From Pseudoxanthomonas sp. (GTDB lineage: Bacteria > Pseudomonadota > Gammaproteobacteria > Xanthomonadales > Xanthomonadaceae), in assembly GCA_017745195.1 (NCBI GenBank), contig JAGHZW010000180.1:47978-111977 (forward strand): DNA of 64,000 nt, read 5' to 3'. Under the pieces are notes generated by a model that was not told the DNA's origin, ran no database searches, and worked only from the letters and a program-made list of their open reading frames with translations. Position numbers and translations under genes: made by a program. This document shows, in pieces, positions 39,794-50,992 of this stretch; the first letter of the stretch is position 1, and every line of letters starts with the position of its first letter.

Positions 39794-40208
39794 GTGGCGT
39801 CCTTCGCGCTGGCTGCTGGGCGCGCTGCTGATCCTCTCCCTGCTGGCGCCGCTGTCGGTGCTGGGCTCCGACCTGCCGCGCCCGCTCGCCTGGCCGCTGG
39901 CGATCGCGGCCGCGGCCCGGGGCCTGTGGCTGGCGCGACGCGAGTCGGGCAGGGCGCCGCGGCAACTGGTGCTGGGCGCGGCGCGCACTCCGGGCGGTCC
40001 GCTGGACACGCTGGACGGGCGACCGCTGCAGGCCTGCCACGTCACCTGGCGCGGGCCGCTGGCCTTCGTCCACGTGGTCGATCGCGCCGGGCGCGGCGAG
40101 CGCCTGGCCTGGTGGCCGGACACGCTGCCACCGCCGTCGCGTCGTGAACTGCGGCTGGCCGCGGCCGCCCGCGCGGCTTCGCGCCGCGACCGGCCGGTGG
40201 CACCATAG
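39744..40208 (+). CDS. YgfX-like membrane protein
   Basis: Follows and overlaps sdhE; WRPSRWLL, two TM segments, WWPDTL...RRELR C-terminal motif. Confidence 0.65.
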   Translation: MPNSPHSSPGSAPCRLEWRPSRWLLGALLILSLLAPLSVLGSDLPRPLAWPLAIAAAARGLWLARRESGRAPRQLVLGAARTPGGPLDTLDGRPLQACHVTWRGPLAFVHVVDRAGRGERLAWWPDTLPPPSRRELRLAAAARAASRRDRPVAP

Positions 40209-40254
40209 CCGCTTCGACCGCCGGGGTGAGCCGGCAACGGACATCCAGGGCCCC

Positions 40255-41496
40255 ATGTTCAAACCCGTCCAAGTGGCCATCGGCCTGCGCTACCTGCGGG
40301 CCAAGCGCCGCAACGGCTTCATCTCCTTCATCTCGCTGGCCTCGATCCTCGGCATCGCCCTGGGCGTGATGGTGCTGATCACCACGATGGCGGTGATGAG
40401 CGGCTTCCAGAAGGAAATCCGCGACCGCCTGCTGCAGTTCGCTGCCCATGCCACGGTGGTCGCCGACGGCGTGCCGATGCAGGACTGGCAGCACGCCCTG
40501 GACGTGGCCGCGAAGGATCCGCGCGTGGCCGGTGCCGCGCCCTTCATCGAGACCGAGGCCCTGCTGTCGGGCCCGCGCAACCAGCCGGCGATGCTGCGCG
40601 GCGTGGTGCCGGACCTGGAGGACCGGGTCTCGGTGCTGGCCAAGAAGATGAAGCGTGGCACCGCCGCTTCGCTGACCGACGGTTCCTACAACATCCTGCT
40701 CGGCCAGGAACTGGCGCTGTGGCTGGGCGTGGACGTGGGCGACACGGTGATGGTGATGGTGCCCGAGTTCCAGGGCTCGCCGATGGGCGCGATGGCGCGC
40801 TACAAGCGCTTCACCGTCAGCGGCGTGTTCGAGGCCGGCTACAACGATATCGACCGCGGCCTGGCCGTGGTCCACATGGCCGACCTGCAGCGCGTGCTGC
40901 GCCGCGACGGCGCCAGCGGCGTGCGGCTGATGCTGCACGACATGAACCAGGCCTACGAGGTGGCCCGCGACCTGGCGCTGAAGCTGCCGGGCTTCTACAG
41001 GGTCAGCGACTGGACCCGCGAGAACGCCAACCTCTACCACTCGCTGAAGATGGAAAAGACGGTGATGGGCATCCTGCTGTCGCTGATCATCCTGATGGGT
41101 GCCTTCACCCTGGTGAACTCGCAGGTGATGCTGGTCACCGACAAGCAGGCCGACATCGCCATCCTGCGCACGCTGGGCCTGACGCCGGGCGGGGTGATGC
41201 AGGTGTTCATGGTCCAGGGAACGCTGATCGGCATCATCGGCACCGTGCTCGGTTTCGTCGGCGGCGTGACCCTGACCTGGAACCTGGAGCGGATCCTCGA
41301 TGGCATCGAGGCGCTGTTCAACGTGACCCTGCTGCCGGAGGACGTGTACTACATCACCGGCCTGCCGACCGACATGCAGACCCAGGACGTCGTCCTGACC
41401 CTGATCGTGGCGCTGCTGATGAGCTTCCTGGCCACGCTGTACCCGGCCTGGCGCGCCGCGCGCACCCAGCCGGCGGAGGCGCTGCGCTATGAGTGA
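40255..41496 (+). CDS. lolC: Lipoprotein-releasing ABC permease LolC/E
   Basis: [44 protein letters not shown]...PAEALRYE. Confidence 0.92.
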   Translation: MFKPVQVAIGLRYLRAKRRNGFISFISLASILGIALGVMVLITTMAVMSGFQKEIRDRLLQFAAHATVVADGVPMQDWQHALDVAAKDPRVAGAAPFIETEALLSGPRNQPAMLRGVVPDLEDRVSVLAKKMKRGTAASLTDGSYNILLGQELALWLGVDVGDTVMVMVPEFQGSPMGAMARYKRFTVSGVFEAGYNDIDRGLAVVHMADLQRVLRRDGASGVRLMLHDMNQAYEVARDLALKLPGFYRVSDWTRENANLYHSLKMEKTVMGILLSLIILMGAFTLVNSQVMLVTDKQADIAILRTLGLTPGGVMQVFMVQGTLIGIIGTVLGFVGGVTLTWNLERILDGIEALFNVTLLPEDVYYITGLPTDMQTQDVVLTLIVALLMSFLATLYPAWRAARTQPAEALRYE

Positions 41497-42226
41497 AAAC
41501 AACGCCGCCGCGGGAGCGACTCCGATGCAGGATTCCAGCGAAGCGCTGCGCGCCGAGGGCCTGGGCAAGACCTACGCCGAGGGCAAGCTGAAGACCCATG
41601 TGTTCGATGGCCTGGACCTGCGCGTGGCGGCCGGCGAGACGGTGGCGATCGTCGGCGCGTCGGGCGCCGGCAAGAGCACGCTGCTGCACCTGCTTGGTGG
41701 CCTGGACACGCCCAGCGCCGGCGAGGTGTACGTGGCCGGGCAGAAGATGTCGGCGCTGTCGGACGCGCAGCGCGGCCGGCTGCGCAACCGGGCGCTGGGC
41801 TTCGTCTACCAGTTCCACCACCTGCTGCCCGAGTTCACCGCGCTGGAGAACGTGATGATGCCGGTGCTGCTGGCCGGCGGCGATGTCGAGGAAGGACGGC
41901 AGCGGGCGTCCGCGCTGCTGGAATCGGTCGGCCTGGGCCACCGCCTGGCGCACAAGCCCGGCGAGCTGTCCGGCGGCGAACGCCAGCGCGCCGCGGTCGC
42001 CCGGGCGCTGGTCAACCGCCCGGCCTGCGTGCTCGGCGACGAACCCACCGGCAACCTCGACGAAAAGACCGCCGCCACCGTGTTCGAGCTGATGCTCGGG
42101 CTCAACCGCGCCCAGCGCACCAGCCTGATCCTGGTCACCCACGACCGGCGCCTGGCCCGCCGCCTGGACCGCGTGCTGGAGCTGCACGACGGCAAGCTGC
42201 GCGAGCTGGCGCCGGGCGCGGTGTAA
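41489..42226 (+). CDS. lolD: Lipoprotein-releasing ABC ATPase
   Basis: [35 protein letters not shown] motifs. Confidence 0.95.
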   Translation: MSENNAAAGATPMQDSSEALRAEGLGKTYAEGKLKTHVFDGLDLRVAAGETVAIVGASGAGKSTLLHLLGGLDTPSAGEVYVAGQKMSALSDAQRGRLRNRALGFVYQFHHLLPEFTALENVMMPVLLAGGDVEEGRQRASALLESVGLGHRLAHKPGELSGGERQRAAVARALVNRPACVLGDEPTGNLDEKTAATVFELMLGLNRAQRTSLILVTHDRRLARRLDRVLELHDGKLRELAPGAV

Positions 42227-42277
42227 GGCGAGCGGGCGGAAGATTGCCTGCGCGGCCGGATCCTTGCCGCCCGCGGG

Positions 42278-42731
42278 TCAGTGGGCCGCGCCGACCCGCT
42301 GCCAGACCTCGAGTTCCACGCGCTTGCCGTCCTGGTGCCGCTCCAGCGTCCAGGTGTCGCCATCGAGCACGTAGCGGAACCGGTATTTCCGCCTTCGATC
42401 AGCGGGAAGGACGTCGTGCTGGGCGATTCGACATAGTGACGGCCATCGGTTTCGCAGGTGCCGCCGCCACCGGCCCAGAACTTCCCGGCCTGGGTGATGG
42501 CGAAGGCGAAATGGCATCGTCGATCACCTTGATGCCTTCCACGTGCTGGGCGATGTAGTCGGTACGTTGTCCCTGCTCGTCGATGAACTCGCCCGAGACC
42601 AGCCGCCAGGCGCCTTCCAGTTCCTGTGCAGCGGTGGCGGCGGTCGTTGTCGGGTTCGCCGCAGCGAGCGCAGGCAAGGCAGCCAGGAGCAGGGTGCAGG
42701 CGTGGCGGAGCGGGAATCGTGCGGTCGTCAT
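42278..42731 (-). pseudogene. Secreted lipocalin-like beta-barrel protein gene with two apparent -1 frameshifts
   Basis: Signal peptide and LEGAWRLVSG motif in one frame; continues as HFAF...[14 protein letters not shown] in a second frame after about 42515, and as [14 protein letters not shown]...LEVWQRV in a third frame after about 42390. Confidence 0.7.
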
Positions 42732-42764
42732 CGTGGGCATCCGTGCGGTGGCGGGGGAGGGGCT

Positions 42765-43055
42765 TCAGTCGAGGCGCTGGCTGCTGCGGTCGGCATGGCC
42801 GAGGTCGCGTTCCGGCGCGATGACGTCGCGCACGCGTTGCTTGAGCTCGACGATGTCCGGAAAGCGTCCTTCCTCGCGCCGGGACCATACGCGCTGGCCG
42901 TCCGCATGGACCTCGAACACGCCGCCGGTGCCCGGGCACAGCACCAGTTCGGCGATTTCGCCGTCGAAGGTGGTCAGCAGCTCCTGCGCCATCCACGTCG
43001 CCCGCAACAGCCAGCGACACTGGGTGCAATACGCGATCTCGATGCGGTGGCTCAA
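42765..43055 (-). CDS. SelT/SelW/SelH (Rdx) family protein
   Basis: IAYCTQCRWLLRATWMAQELLTTF, GGVFEV, GRFPDIVELKQRVRD...PERDLGH; start uncertain (TTG 43055 or ATG further upstream). Confidence 0.88.
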   Translation of the reverse strand: MSHRIEIAYCTQCRWLLRATWMAQELLTTFDGEIAELVLCPGTGGVFEVHADGQRVWSRREEGRFPDIVELKQRVRDVIAPERDLGHADRSSQRLD

Positions 43056-43198
43056 GGCGGGATCCGGGGTGGCGCGACGGGCCCAGTATCGCCGAACGGC
43101 GCCGGTACGGGCACGATGTTGCCGGCGGTGGTCCATGCTGCCGCCGGCCGTCCTGGTGCCCACGCGGACCGCCGTTCGTCGACTTCAGAGGAGGGGAT

Positions 43199-43447
43199 AT
43201 GACCATCGAATTCCTGGCCCGCTTCCTGGCGTGGTGCCTGGCCTTCAACTACCTGGTGCTGCTGGTGTGGTTCTTCGTGTTCGTGTCAGGCCGCCACTGG
43301 TTCCGCGACCTGCATGGGCGCTGGTTCAAGATGCCCGACGCGACCTTCGACGCCATCCACTACGGCGGCATGGCGGCCTACAAGCTCGGCATCCTCCTGT
43401 TCAACCTGGCGCCGCTGGTCGCGCTGCATCTGGCGCGCGGCGGCTGA
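43199..43447 (+). CDS. Small membrane protein (DUF6868-like)
   Basis: FLAWC..FNY..LLVWF, LHGRWF, FDAIHYGGMAAYKLGILLFNLAP; GAGGAGG RBS. Confidence 0.8.
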   Translation: MTIEFLARFLAWCLAFNYLVLLVWFFVFVSGRHWFRDLHGRWFKMPDATFDAIHYGGMAAYKLGILLFNLAPLVALHLARGG

Positions 43448-43563
43448 GAAGGCGGGCCACCGGCGCTCGTCGCCCGAGGCGGGACGAGCGCCGGAAACGG
43501 TCGAATCCTGCCCTGCCTGTCTGCGCGGGGGGCCGGCGCGGCGAGGCAGTCCCGCGTCGCGCG

Positions 43564-43908
43564 TCAGCCGGCGACCTTGCTGGCGTACGCGTCCATCACC
43601 CTCGCCGAATACACCAGCGCCGCCCCGGCGTTGACTGCCACGGCCACGCCCAGTGCCTCGGCGATCTCCTCGCGGGAGGCACCGTGCCGGACCGCCGCGT
43701 CGGTATGCACGGTGATGCAGCCGTCGCACTGGCGGGTGACCGCGACGGCCAGCGCGATCAGCTCGCGGGTCTTGGCGTCGAGCACGCCGGTCTTCTCGCC
43801 GGCGCTGCCGAGCTCCGCATAGCCGCGGACGGTACCCGGGCTGAGCTTGCCGAACTCCCTGATCGTCGTGCCCAGCTGCTGCTGGTAGGCATTCCAGTCG
43901 AACATCAT
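43564..43908 (-). CDS. Carboxymuconolactone decarboxylase / AhpD-like protein
   Basis: LDAKTRELIALAVAVTRQCDGCITVH (CxxC), GASREEIAEAL; GGAGGA RBS. Confidence 0.9.
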   Translation of the reverse strand: MMFDWNAYQQQLGTTIREFGKLSPGTVRGYAELGSAGEKTGVLDAKTRELIALAVAVTRQCDGCITVHTDAAVRHGASREEIAEALGVAVAVNAGAALVYSARVMDAYASKVAG

Positions 43909-44006
43909 GGTGGATCCTCCACTGTGGGTGGGACTGCGATGGCGGCCCCGTTCGCCTGCGTCACTGCCAGCGGGTCCGCTTCGATCGAGCGGCGAGGCGA
44001 CTGCGG

Positions 44007-44177
44007 TCAGGCGTTGTCGCTGGATGCGCGGAGGGTCCGGAGGCCGACAGCCAGGAACACGAGGCCGAGGCCGAGGAACACCGGTTTCCAGCCGAACGCC
44101 GCGGCGGCGAAGAACAGCGCGCCCGCCGCCGAGAACACGTATCCGCTGCGCTTCTTCGAGGCTTGCCGGGCTTGCAC
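44007..44177 (-). CDS. Unlisted 56-aa two-TM small membrane protein (MQARQASKKRSGYVFSAAGALFFAAAAFGWKPVFLGLGLVFLAVGLRTLRASSDNA)
   Basis: AGGAG RBS 5 nt before GTG 44177; basic N-terminus, two hydrophobic stretches split by WKP; GC-ending codons; TGA 44009-44007. Confidence 0.65.
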   Translation of the reverse strand: MQARQASKKRSGYVFSAAGALFFAAAAFGWKPVFLGLGLVFLAVGLRTLRASSDNA

Positions 44178-44381
44178 GCGGACTCCTGGATGGCTGCGCG
44201 CCGCGCCGACGATGCGGCCCGTACAGCCGGTTCCCGGTCGCAGGCACGGCGCGTTTCCGAGTATGCACGGCGGTCGTGGACGATGGACGGACGATTCCTA
44301 CCCCGGTCCGGTGTTCCGGCCGATGGCGTCGCCCCGGGCCGGCGATAGCCTGTGCAGGTCATCCGGGTGCAGGGACGCGCC

Positions 44382-46862
44382 ATGGAAGTGTTCGGAGGAA
44401 GGGGTGGTGCCGGCACGCACGACATCGATGCGACGGGCAGTCGGCAGGGCCTGCGTTCGATGGCGGCGATCCTGGCGGGTCTCGTCGCCTGGCCTTGGCG
44501 CATTCCCGTCCGGCCCGTGCATCCGTCCGGTCCGGCCTGTGCGGTGATGTGGCTGGCCGGCGCGATGGCCAGCCTGTTCCTGCCCACGCTCATGCCGGCG
44601 CCGCTGCGCTGGTCGCTGGCGATCGTGGGCGTGATGGCCTGGCTTCGCCCATGGCGTGGCCGTGCATTCGGCGCGCTGCTGGCGGGCGCCGGCTGGGCGG
44701 CACTGCACGCCGGCTGGGCGTTGGCGCTGTGGTTGCCGGCGGACCTGGAAGGACGCGAGACGCGCGTCAGCGGCCAGGTCCTGGACCTGCCGCAACACGA
44801 GGAACGACGCACGCGCTTCCTGTTCCGGGTGGACGGCGACGCGCCGCCGGCGCTGCGTGGACGTCGCCTGCAGCTGTCGTGGTACGACGACTTCGGTGCG
44901 GCGGCGGCTGGGCGGCGCATCGCGCTGCGGCCGGGCGCGCGCTGGAGCCTGCAGGTGAAGCTGCGTGCGCCGCGCGGGTTGTCCAACCCGGGTGGGTTCG
45001 ATGCCGGCCGCTATGCGCTGGCGCAACGGATCGGTGCGACCGGGTACGTCCGTTCACCGCAGCTGGCGCGGGAACTGGCGGCGGCGGGCGGCATCGACGC
45101 CTGCCGCGACGCCACCTCGGCGCGCATCGACAAGGCGGTGCCATCACCATCCGCGCGTTTCGTCCGTGCGCTGGCGCTCGGCGACACGCGCGGATTGTCG
45201 GATACGGACTGGGAGACGCTGCGGGCGACGGGGTTGACCCACCTGATCGCCATTTCCGGGTTCCACGTCGGCCTGGTCGCCGGCTTCTGCGCATGGCTGG
45301 CCATGGCCATCTGGTGGTTGCTGCCTGCGCTGTGCCGGCACTGGCCACGTGCGCAGGCCGCTGCGGTGGCGGCGGTGCTGGGCGCGGGCGGATACGCCGC
45401 GGTGGCCGGGTTCGCGCTGCCGACGGTGAGGACCTTGCTGATGATCGCCGTGGTGGCGGTCGCGCGTCTGCTGCGACGCCCCCTGGATACTTGGCAGGCG
45501 CTGTCGTTGGCGCTGCTAGCGATCGTGCTGGTCGATCCCCTGTCGGTGCTGCAGGCCGGCTTCTGGCTCAGCTTCGCCGGCGTGGCCTGGCTGGTGTGGT
45601 GCCTGCCGGCACGGGGCGATGACCGGCACGTGCTCCGGGATTTCCTCGCCGCGCAGGGCGTGGCCACGCTGGGACTGTTGCCGCTGGCGGCGGTGCTGTT
45701 CCTGCAGGCATCGCTGGCCGGGCCGCTGGCCAACCTGCTGGCGGTGCCGTGGTGGAGCCTGGTGGTGGTGCCGCTTTCGCTGCTGGGGACCGGCCTGGAA
45801 GCACTGTACGCCGGGGCCGGCACATGGGCCTGGCGCGCCGCAGCGGCCTGCTTCGATCCAAGCTGGCGCCTGTTCGAGTGGGTGGCCGGCAGCCGTTTCG
45901 CCCTGCAGTGGCTGCCCGAGGCGCGCGCCTGGGCATTGCCGCTGGCCCTGGCGGGCACGTTCTGGCTGCTGTTGCCGCGCGGGCTGCCGGGACGCCCGCT
46001 TGCGGTACTGCTGTGGTTGCCGCTGCTGTGGCCGCCACGCGAGCTGCCGCGGCCGGGTGGGGTGGAACTGCAGGTGATCGATGTCGGCCAGGGGCTGTCG
46101 GTCCTGGTGCGCACGACGCATCACGCGCTGCTCTACGACGCGGGACCGGCGGTCCTCGATGGCTGGGACGCCGGCGAACGCGCGGTGTCGCCGGCCCTGC
46201 ACGCGCTGGGCGTCGCGCGTCTGGACCGGGTGGTGATCAGCCACGCCGACCAGGACCATGCCGGCGGCTGGCCCGCGGTCGCACGCGCCTTTCCGGTGGC
46301 CGACTCGCTGGCACCGGCCGGCGCGCGGCTGGCCGTGCGGTCGGACTGCCATGCCGGACAGGCATGGCGCTGGGACGGGGTCGAATTCGTGTTCCTGCAT
46401 CCGCCCGTGCACTTCCCGTACCTGCGCAACGAGGCCAGTTGCGTGCTGCGGATCAACTCACGGCACGGGACGGTGCTGCTGCCCGGCGACATCGGCGAGG
46501 TGGTCGAACAGCGGTTGCTGCGTGATCCCGCGCAACTGCATGCGGACGTGGTGGTGGTGCCGCACCACGGCAGCGGCGGTTCGTCCAGCGCCGCTTTCGT
46601 GGCCGCCACTGGCGCGCGGGTGGCGGTCGTGGCGGCCGGACATGGCAACCGCTTCGGCCATCCACGGCCGGAGGTCGTGGGCCGCTGGCAGCGGCATGGC
46701 GCCGAAGTGCTGGCCACGCCGGTTTCCGGGGCGGTGCGGATCTGGCTCGACGCCGGCGGGCTGGCGGTCCGCGAACGCCGCGCCTGGCGGCCGCACCTGT
46801 GGGATCCGTCCGGCCCGCCACCGTACGCGCGTCCGCGGGATGGCCCGGACGCGGAGCAGTGA
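44382..46862 (+). CDS. comEC: DNA internalization competence protein ComEC/Rec2
   Basis: NPGGFD, GLTHLIAISGFHVG, GFWLSF, IDVGQG, SHADQDHAGG, LLPGDI, PHHGS, NRFGHP motifs; start uncertain (44352-44547). Confidence 0.92.
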   Translation: MEVFGGRGGAGTHDIDATGSRQGLRSMAAILAGLVAWPWRIPVRPVHPSGPACAVMWLAGAMASLFLPTLMPAPLRWSLAIVGVMAWLRPWRGRAFGALLAGAGWAALHAGWALALWLPADLEGRETRVSGQVLDLPQHEERRTRFLFRVDGDAPPALRGRRLQLSWYDDFGAAAAGRRIALRPGARWSLQVKLRAPRGLSNPGGFDAGRYALAQRIGATGYVRSPQLARELAAAGGIDACRDATSARIDKAVPSPSARFVRALALGDTRGLSDTDWETLRATGLTHLIAISGFHVGLVAGFCAWLAMAIWWLLPALCRHWPRAQAAAVAAVLGAGGYAAVAGFALPTVRTLLMIAVVAVARLLRRPLDTWQALSLALLAIVLVDPLSVLQAGFWLSFAGVAWLVWCLPARGDDRHVLRDFLAAQGVATLGLLPLAAVLFLQASLAGPLANLLAVPWWSLVVVPLSLLGTGLEALYAGAGTWAWRAAAACFDPSWRLFEWVAGSRFALQWLPEARAWALPLALAGTFWLLLPRGLPGRPLAVLLWLPLLWPPRELPRPGGVELQVIDVGQGLSVLVRTTHHALLYDAGPAVLDGWDAGERAVSPALHALGVARLDRVVISHADQDHAGGWPAVARAFPVADSLAPAGARLAVRSDCHAGQAWRWDGVEFVFLHPPVHFPYLRNEASCVLRINSRHGTVLLPGDIGEVVEQRLLRDPAQLHADVVVVPHHGSGGSSSAAFVAATGARVAVVAAGHGNRFGHPRPEVVGRWQRHGAEVLATPVSGAVRIWLDAGGLAVRERRAWRPHLWDPSGPPPYARPRDGPDAEQ

Positions 46863-46997
46863 CTGTCGCGGCACCGGCGCCGGTTGCGGCTGGAACGTGC
46901 GCCGGGCCGCGTTCCCGGCCGGGCGGGCTGGCGCCGGGGGCGCGCTGCCGTCATCCTTGTCGTTCGTCGACGCGGCCTGGTGCCGGAGGTGGTTCAG

Positions 46998-47696
46998 GTG
47001 TGGGAGCTGGTCAAGGCCGGTGGGTGGCCGATGCTGCCGTTGCTGCTGCTGGGCGTGGCTGCCCTGGCGATCATCCTGGAACGGCTGTGGAGCCTGCGCC
47101 GGGCCGAAGTCATGCCTGCCAAGCTGGGCGGGGAGGTCCGCAACTGGGCCTCGCGTGGCCAGCTGGACCCGAGTCATATCGAATCGCTGCGCCGCAACTC
47201 GCCGCTGGGTGCGCTGCTGGCGGCGGCGCTGGACGTCCGCAACAAGCCGCGTGACGTGATCCGCGAGCGATTGGAGGACACCGGTCGCCATCTGGTTTTC
47301 CGGATGGAGAAGTTCCTCAGCGCGCTGGGCACGATCGCCTCGGCCGGCCCGCTGCTGGGCCTGCTCGGCACCGTCGTCGGCATGATCCAGATGTTCCTGG
47401 GCATCCTCGACCACGGCCTGGGCGACGTGAACCAGCTGGCCGGCGGCATCGGCAAGGCGCTGGTGTGCACCGCCACCGGCATGATCATCGCGGTGCCGGC
47501 GCTGATCTTCCATCGCTTCTTCCGCAGCCGCATCGCCGGCTACGTGATCGAGATGGAGCAGGAGGCCACCGCGCTGCTCGACGCGCTGGAAAACACCCGC
47601 GCCGGCGCCGCGCCGGCTCCGGTCGCCACGGCCGCGCAGGCCACCGCCCGCGTCGCCGCCGCGCGGCCGACGCCGGCCGCTCCGGTCCGCAACTGA
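46998..47696 (+). CDS. exbB: MotA/TolQ/ExbB proton channel protein
   Basis: GGWPM, LGTIASAGPLLGLLGTV, GIGKALVCTATG; GGAGG RBS before GTG. Confidence 0.88.
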   Translation: MWELVKAGGWPMLPLLLLGVAALAIILERLWSLRRAEVMPAKLGGEVRNWASRGQLDPSHIESLRRNSPLGALLAAALDVRNKPRDVIRERLEDTGRHLVFRMEKFLSALGTIASAGPLLGLLGTVVGMIQMFLGILDHGLGDVNQLAGGIGKALVCTATGMIIAVPALIFHRFFRSRIAGYVIEMEQEATALLDALENTRAGAAPAPVATAAQATARVAAARPTPAAPVRN

Positions 47697-47703
47697 GTCC
47701 GCC

Positions 47704-48123
47704 ATGCGCATCCGCGACCAGCGCGCCTATGACGAGCCGGCCATCGACCTGGTGCCGCTGATCGACGTCATCCTGGTGCTGATCATCTTCTTCGTGATCA
47801 CCACTACCTTCGACGTGCGTTCGACCCTGCAGCTGCAGCTGCCGGTGGCCAGTCCGCAGGCACCGCCGCCGGCGCGGACCCTGAACATCCTGGTCAATGC
47901 CGACGGCCGCTATTTCATCGGCGAGCGCGAAGTGCTGCGCACCGATGTCGAGGCGGTCAAGCAGGCGATCGTGGAAACGGCCGGCGAGGACCGCGACCAG
48001 GCGGTGATGCTGCGCGCCGACGCGCGCACGCCTTACCAGGCCGTGGTCACCGCGCAGGATGCCCTGGCCCAGCTGGGCTTCCGCCGCATCGCCATCGCCA
48101 CGGCACCGGAGCCGCAGTCTTGA
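47704..48123 (+). CDS. exbD: ExbD/TolR family protein
   Basis: IDLVPLIDVILVLIIFF, LRADA motifs. Confidence 0.9.
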   Translation: MRIRDQRAYDEPAIDLVPLIDVILVLIIFFVITTTFDVRSTLQLQLPVASPQAPPPARTLNILVNADGRYFIGEREVLRTDVEAVKQAIVETAGEDRDQAVMLRADARTPYQAVVTAQDALAQLGFRRIAIATAPEPQS

Positions 48124-49871
48124 GCGAGCGCCACGCGCCGGTCTGGCCGATCTACCGGCGACTGCTGGGTTACACGCGGCAGTACCGGGGTTTCCTGGCC
48201 GCCGCCCTGGTCGGCATGCTGATCGAGGCCGGGGCCGGCGCGGCTTTCATCTGGCTGATGGATCCGCTGACCAACCGCGGCTTCGTCCGGCCCGAGCCGC
48301 AGATGGCAGTGCTGCTGCCGCTGGCCATCGTCGGCCTGTTCGTGCTGCGCAGCCTGGCCACGTTCACCACCGACTACGGCATGGCCCGCACCGGCCGCAG
48401 CGTCGTGCGCGACCTGCGCGAGCAGGTGCTGGCCAAGTACCTGCGCCTGCCCTCGACCCAGTTCGACACCGAGTCCACGCCGGTGATGGTCAGCCGGCTC
48501 AACTTCGACACCGAGCAGGTCACCCAGGCCAGTTCCGAGGCGCTCAAGACCCTGGTCACCGACAGCCTGACCATCGCCTACCTGCTGGCGCTGATGCTGT
48601 ACCAGAGCGTCAAGGTGACTTTCGCGATGCTGCTGATCACGCCGCTGATCGGGGTGATCGTCTGGTACGTGGGCAAGCGTTACCGGCGGATCAGCGGCGG
48701 CATCCAGGACGGCATGGGGCGGATGGCGGCCAGTGCCGAACAGTCGCTGGCCGCGCAGCAGGACGTGAAGATCCACGGCGCCCAGGCGCTGGAGATCTCG
48801 CGCTACTCGCTGTTGGCCAACCGCATCCTCGGCCTGAACATGAAGGTCGAGAGCACCCGCGCCGCGGCTTCGGGCATGGTCCAGCTGCTGGCGGCGATCG
48901 CGCTGGCGCTGATCGTGGCGGTGGCGGTGCGCGAGGCGCTGGCCGGCCGGCTCAACGCCGGCCAGTTCATCAGCCTGATGACCGCGATGATGGGCATCAT
49001 CCCGTCGCTGCGCCGGATCACCAGCGTGCAGACCGCGGTCGCGCGCGGCGTGGCCGCCTCCGAGCGGCTGTTCGCGATCCTCGATGCCGAGGAGGAAGCC
49101 GACACCGGCACGCGCACGATCGGCCGCGCACGCGGCGAGCTGGCGTTCGACCGGGTCAGCCTGCGCTACCGCGACCAGCCGGGCTTCGCCCTGGACGACA
49201 TCAGCTTCACCGCGCGGCGCGGCACGGTCACCGCGATCGTCGGCCGTTCCGGCAGCGGCAAGACCAGCCTGGTGCGGCTGGTTCCGCGCTTCTACGAGCC
49301 CAGCAGCGGCCACATCACCCTCGACGGCGTGGAGCTGCACGACTACCGCATGGCCGACCTGCGCCGGCAGATCGCACTGGTCGGACAGAAGGTGATGCTG
49401 TTCGACGACACGGTCGCGGCCAACATCGCCTACGGCACGCAGGCCAGTCCCGAGGCGATCCGCGCCGCGGCCGAGGCGGCCAACGCCTGGGAGTTCATCG
49501 AGCGCCTGCCGCAGGGAATGGACACGCCGATCGGCGAGAACGGCGCGTTGCTGTCCGGCGGCCAGCGCCAGCGCCTGGCGATCGCCCGGGCGATCCTGCG
49601 CGACGCGCCGGTGCTGATCCTGGACGAGGCCACCGCGGCGCTGGACAACGAATCCGAACGGCTGGTGCAGGACGCGTTGCAGCGCCTGATGCCCGATCGC
49701 ACCACCTTGGTGATCGCCCACCGCCTGTCGACCATCGAGCACGCCGACCAGGTGCTGGTGCTGGACCAGGGCCGGCTGGTCGAGCGCGGCAGCCACGCCG
49801 AACTGATGGCCGCCGGCGGCCTGTATGCGCACCTGCACGGCATGCAGTTCCGCGAGCGCAGGACCGGATGA
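48120..49871 (+). CDS. msbA: Lipid A export ABC transporter
   Basis: TMD plus NBD ([24 protein letters not shown]); upstream of lpxK; TTG start overlaps the exbD stop. Confidence 0.93.
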   Translation: MSERHAPVWPIYRRLLGYTRQYRGFLAAALVGMLIEAGAGAAFIWLMDPLTNRGFVRPEPQMAVLLPLAIVGLFVLRSLATFTTDYGMARTGRSVVRDLREQVLAKYLRLPSTQFDTESTPVMVSRLNFDTEQVTQASSEALKTLVTDSLTIAYLLALMLYQSVKVTFAMLLITPLIGVIVWYVGKRYRRISGGIQDGMGRMAASAEQSLAAQQDVKIHGAQALEISRYSLLANRILGLNMKVESTRAAASGMVQLLAAIALALIVAVAVREALAGRLNAGQFISLMTAMMGIIPSLRRITSVQTAVARGVAASERLFAILDAEEEADTGTRTIGRARGELAFDRVSLRYRDQPGFALDDISFTARRGTVTAIVGRSGSGKTSLVRLVPRFYEPSSGHITLDGVELHDYRMADLRRQIALVGQKVMLFDDTVAANIAYGTQASPEAIRAAAEAANAWEFIERLPQGMDTPIGENGALLSGGQRQRLAIARAILRDAPVLILDEATAALDNESERLVQDALQRLMPDRTTLVIAHRLSTIEHADQVLVLDQGRLVERGSHAELMAAGGLYAHLHGMQFRERRTG

Positions 49872-49893
49872 GTCCGGCACAGGGAAGGATCGA

Positions 49894-50898
49894 ATGAGCA
49901 AGGGCGCTCCACGTACGCCGGCCTGGTGGTTCGGCGACGCTCCGGTGCCGGCATGGGCGCAGCTGCTGGCACCGGTCTATGCCGGCCTGGCCGCGCTGCG
50001 CCGGCGCCTGTACCGCGGCGGCCTGCTGCGTCCACGCCGCGCCGAGGTGCCGGTGCTGGTGATCGGCAACCTCGCCGCCGGTGGCGCGGGCAAGACGCCG
50101 CTGACGATCGCGGTCGTGCAGAAGCTGCGCGAAGCCGGCTGGCGCCCGGGCGTGGCCAGCCGCGGCTACGGTCGCCTGGATCCGCGCACGCCACGCTGGG
50201 TGACGGCCGAAACGTCCCCGGAAGAGGGCGGCGACGAACCGGTGCTGATCGCGCGCAGGCTGGCCGTGCCGGTGCGTGTGGACCGCGACCGTGCCGCCGC
50301 CGCGCGCGCGCTGGCCGAGTCCGGCTGCGACATCGTGGTCTGCGACGACGGTCTGCAGCATTACCGGCTCGCCCGCGACGTCGAGATCGAGGTGGTCGAT
50401 GGCGCACGCCGCTACGGCAACGGCCGGATGCTTCCGGCCGGGCCATTGCGCGAACCGGTCGAGCGCGGCCGTTGCTGCGACTTCCGCGTGGTCAACCTGG
50501 GCCACGGCGCGGAGCAGGGCGGCACCGGCTTCGGCGAATGGCCGATGCACCTGCAGGCGCGTGCGGCCCTGCCGATCGCCGGTGGGCGGCCGCGCGCGCT
50601 GGCGTCGTACATCGGCATCCGCGTGCATGCGGTGGCCGGGATCGGCAATCCGCAGCGCTTCTTCGACATGCTGCGCAACCTCGGAGTGGGCGTGGTGCCG
50701 CATGCGTTCCCCGACCACCACGCCTATCGTGCGGAGGACCTGCAGTTCGGCAACGATCTGCCGGTGCTGATGACCGAGAAGGATGCGGTCAAGTGCGCGC
50801 CGTTCGCCGATGCGCGCTGCTTCTCGGTGCCGGTCGACGCCGAGTTGCCGGCTGCGTTCTGGGTGGGATTGCTGGACCGGCTCGACCGCCTGCGCTGA
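49894..50898 (+). CDS. lpxK: Tetraacyldisaccharide 4'-kinase
   Basis: [46 protein letters not shown]. Confidence 0.96.
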   Translation: MSKGAPRTPAWWFGDAPVPAWAQLLAPVYAGLAALRRRLYRGGLLRPRRAEVPVLVIGNLAAGGAGKTPLTIAVVQKLREAGWRPGVASRGYGRLDPRTPRWVTAETSPEEGGDEPVLIARRLAVPVRVDRDRAAAARALAESGCDIVVCDDGLQHYRLARDVEIEVVDGARRYGNGRMLPAGPLREPVERGRCCDFRVVNLGHGAEQGGTGFGEWPMHLQARAALPIAGGRPRALASYIGIRVHAVAGIGNPQRFFDMLRNLGVGVVPHAFPDHHAYRAEDLQFGNDLPVLMTEKDAVKCAPFADARCFSVPVDAELPAAFWVGLLDRLDRLR

Positions 50899-50992
50899 GC
50901 CGCCGGCCTGCCGGATGCAGCCGGCCGCTGCGCGCCGCCCGCCCATCCGCGGGACGGACTCCTACAATGCCGGCCTGGCTCCGGAGGACCAT

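Noticed and set aside
42765-43055. Possible selenoprotein (SelW-like)
   Set aside because: The motif is CTQC with ordinary Cys codons; there is no in-frame TGA.
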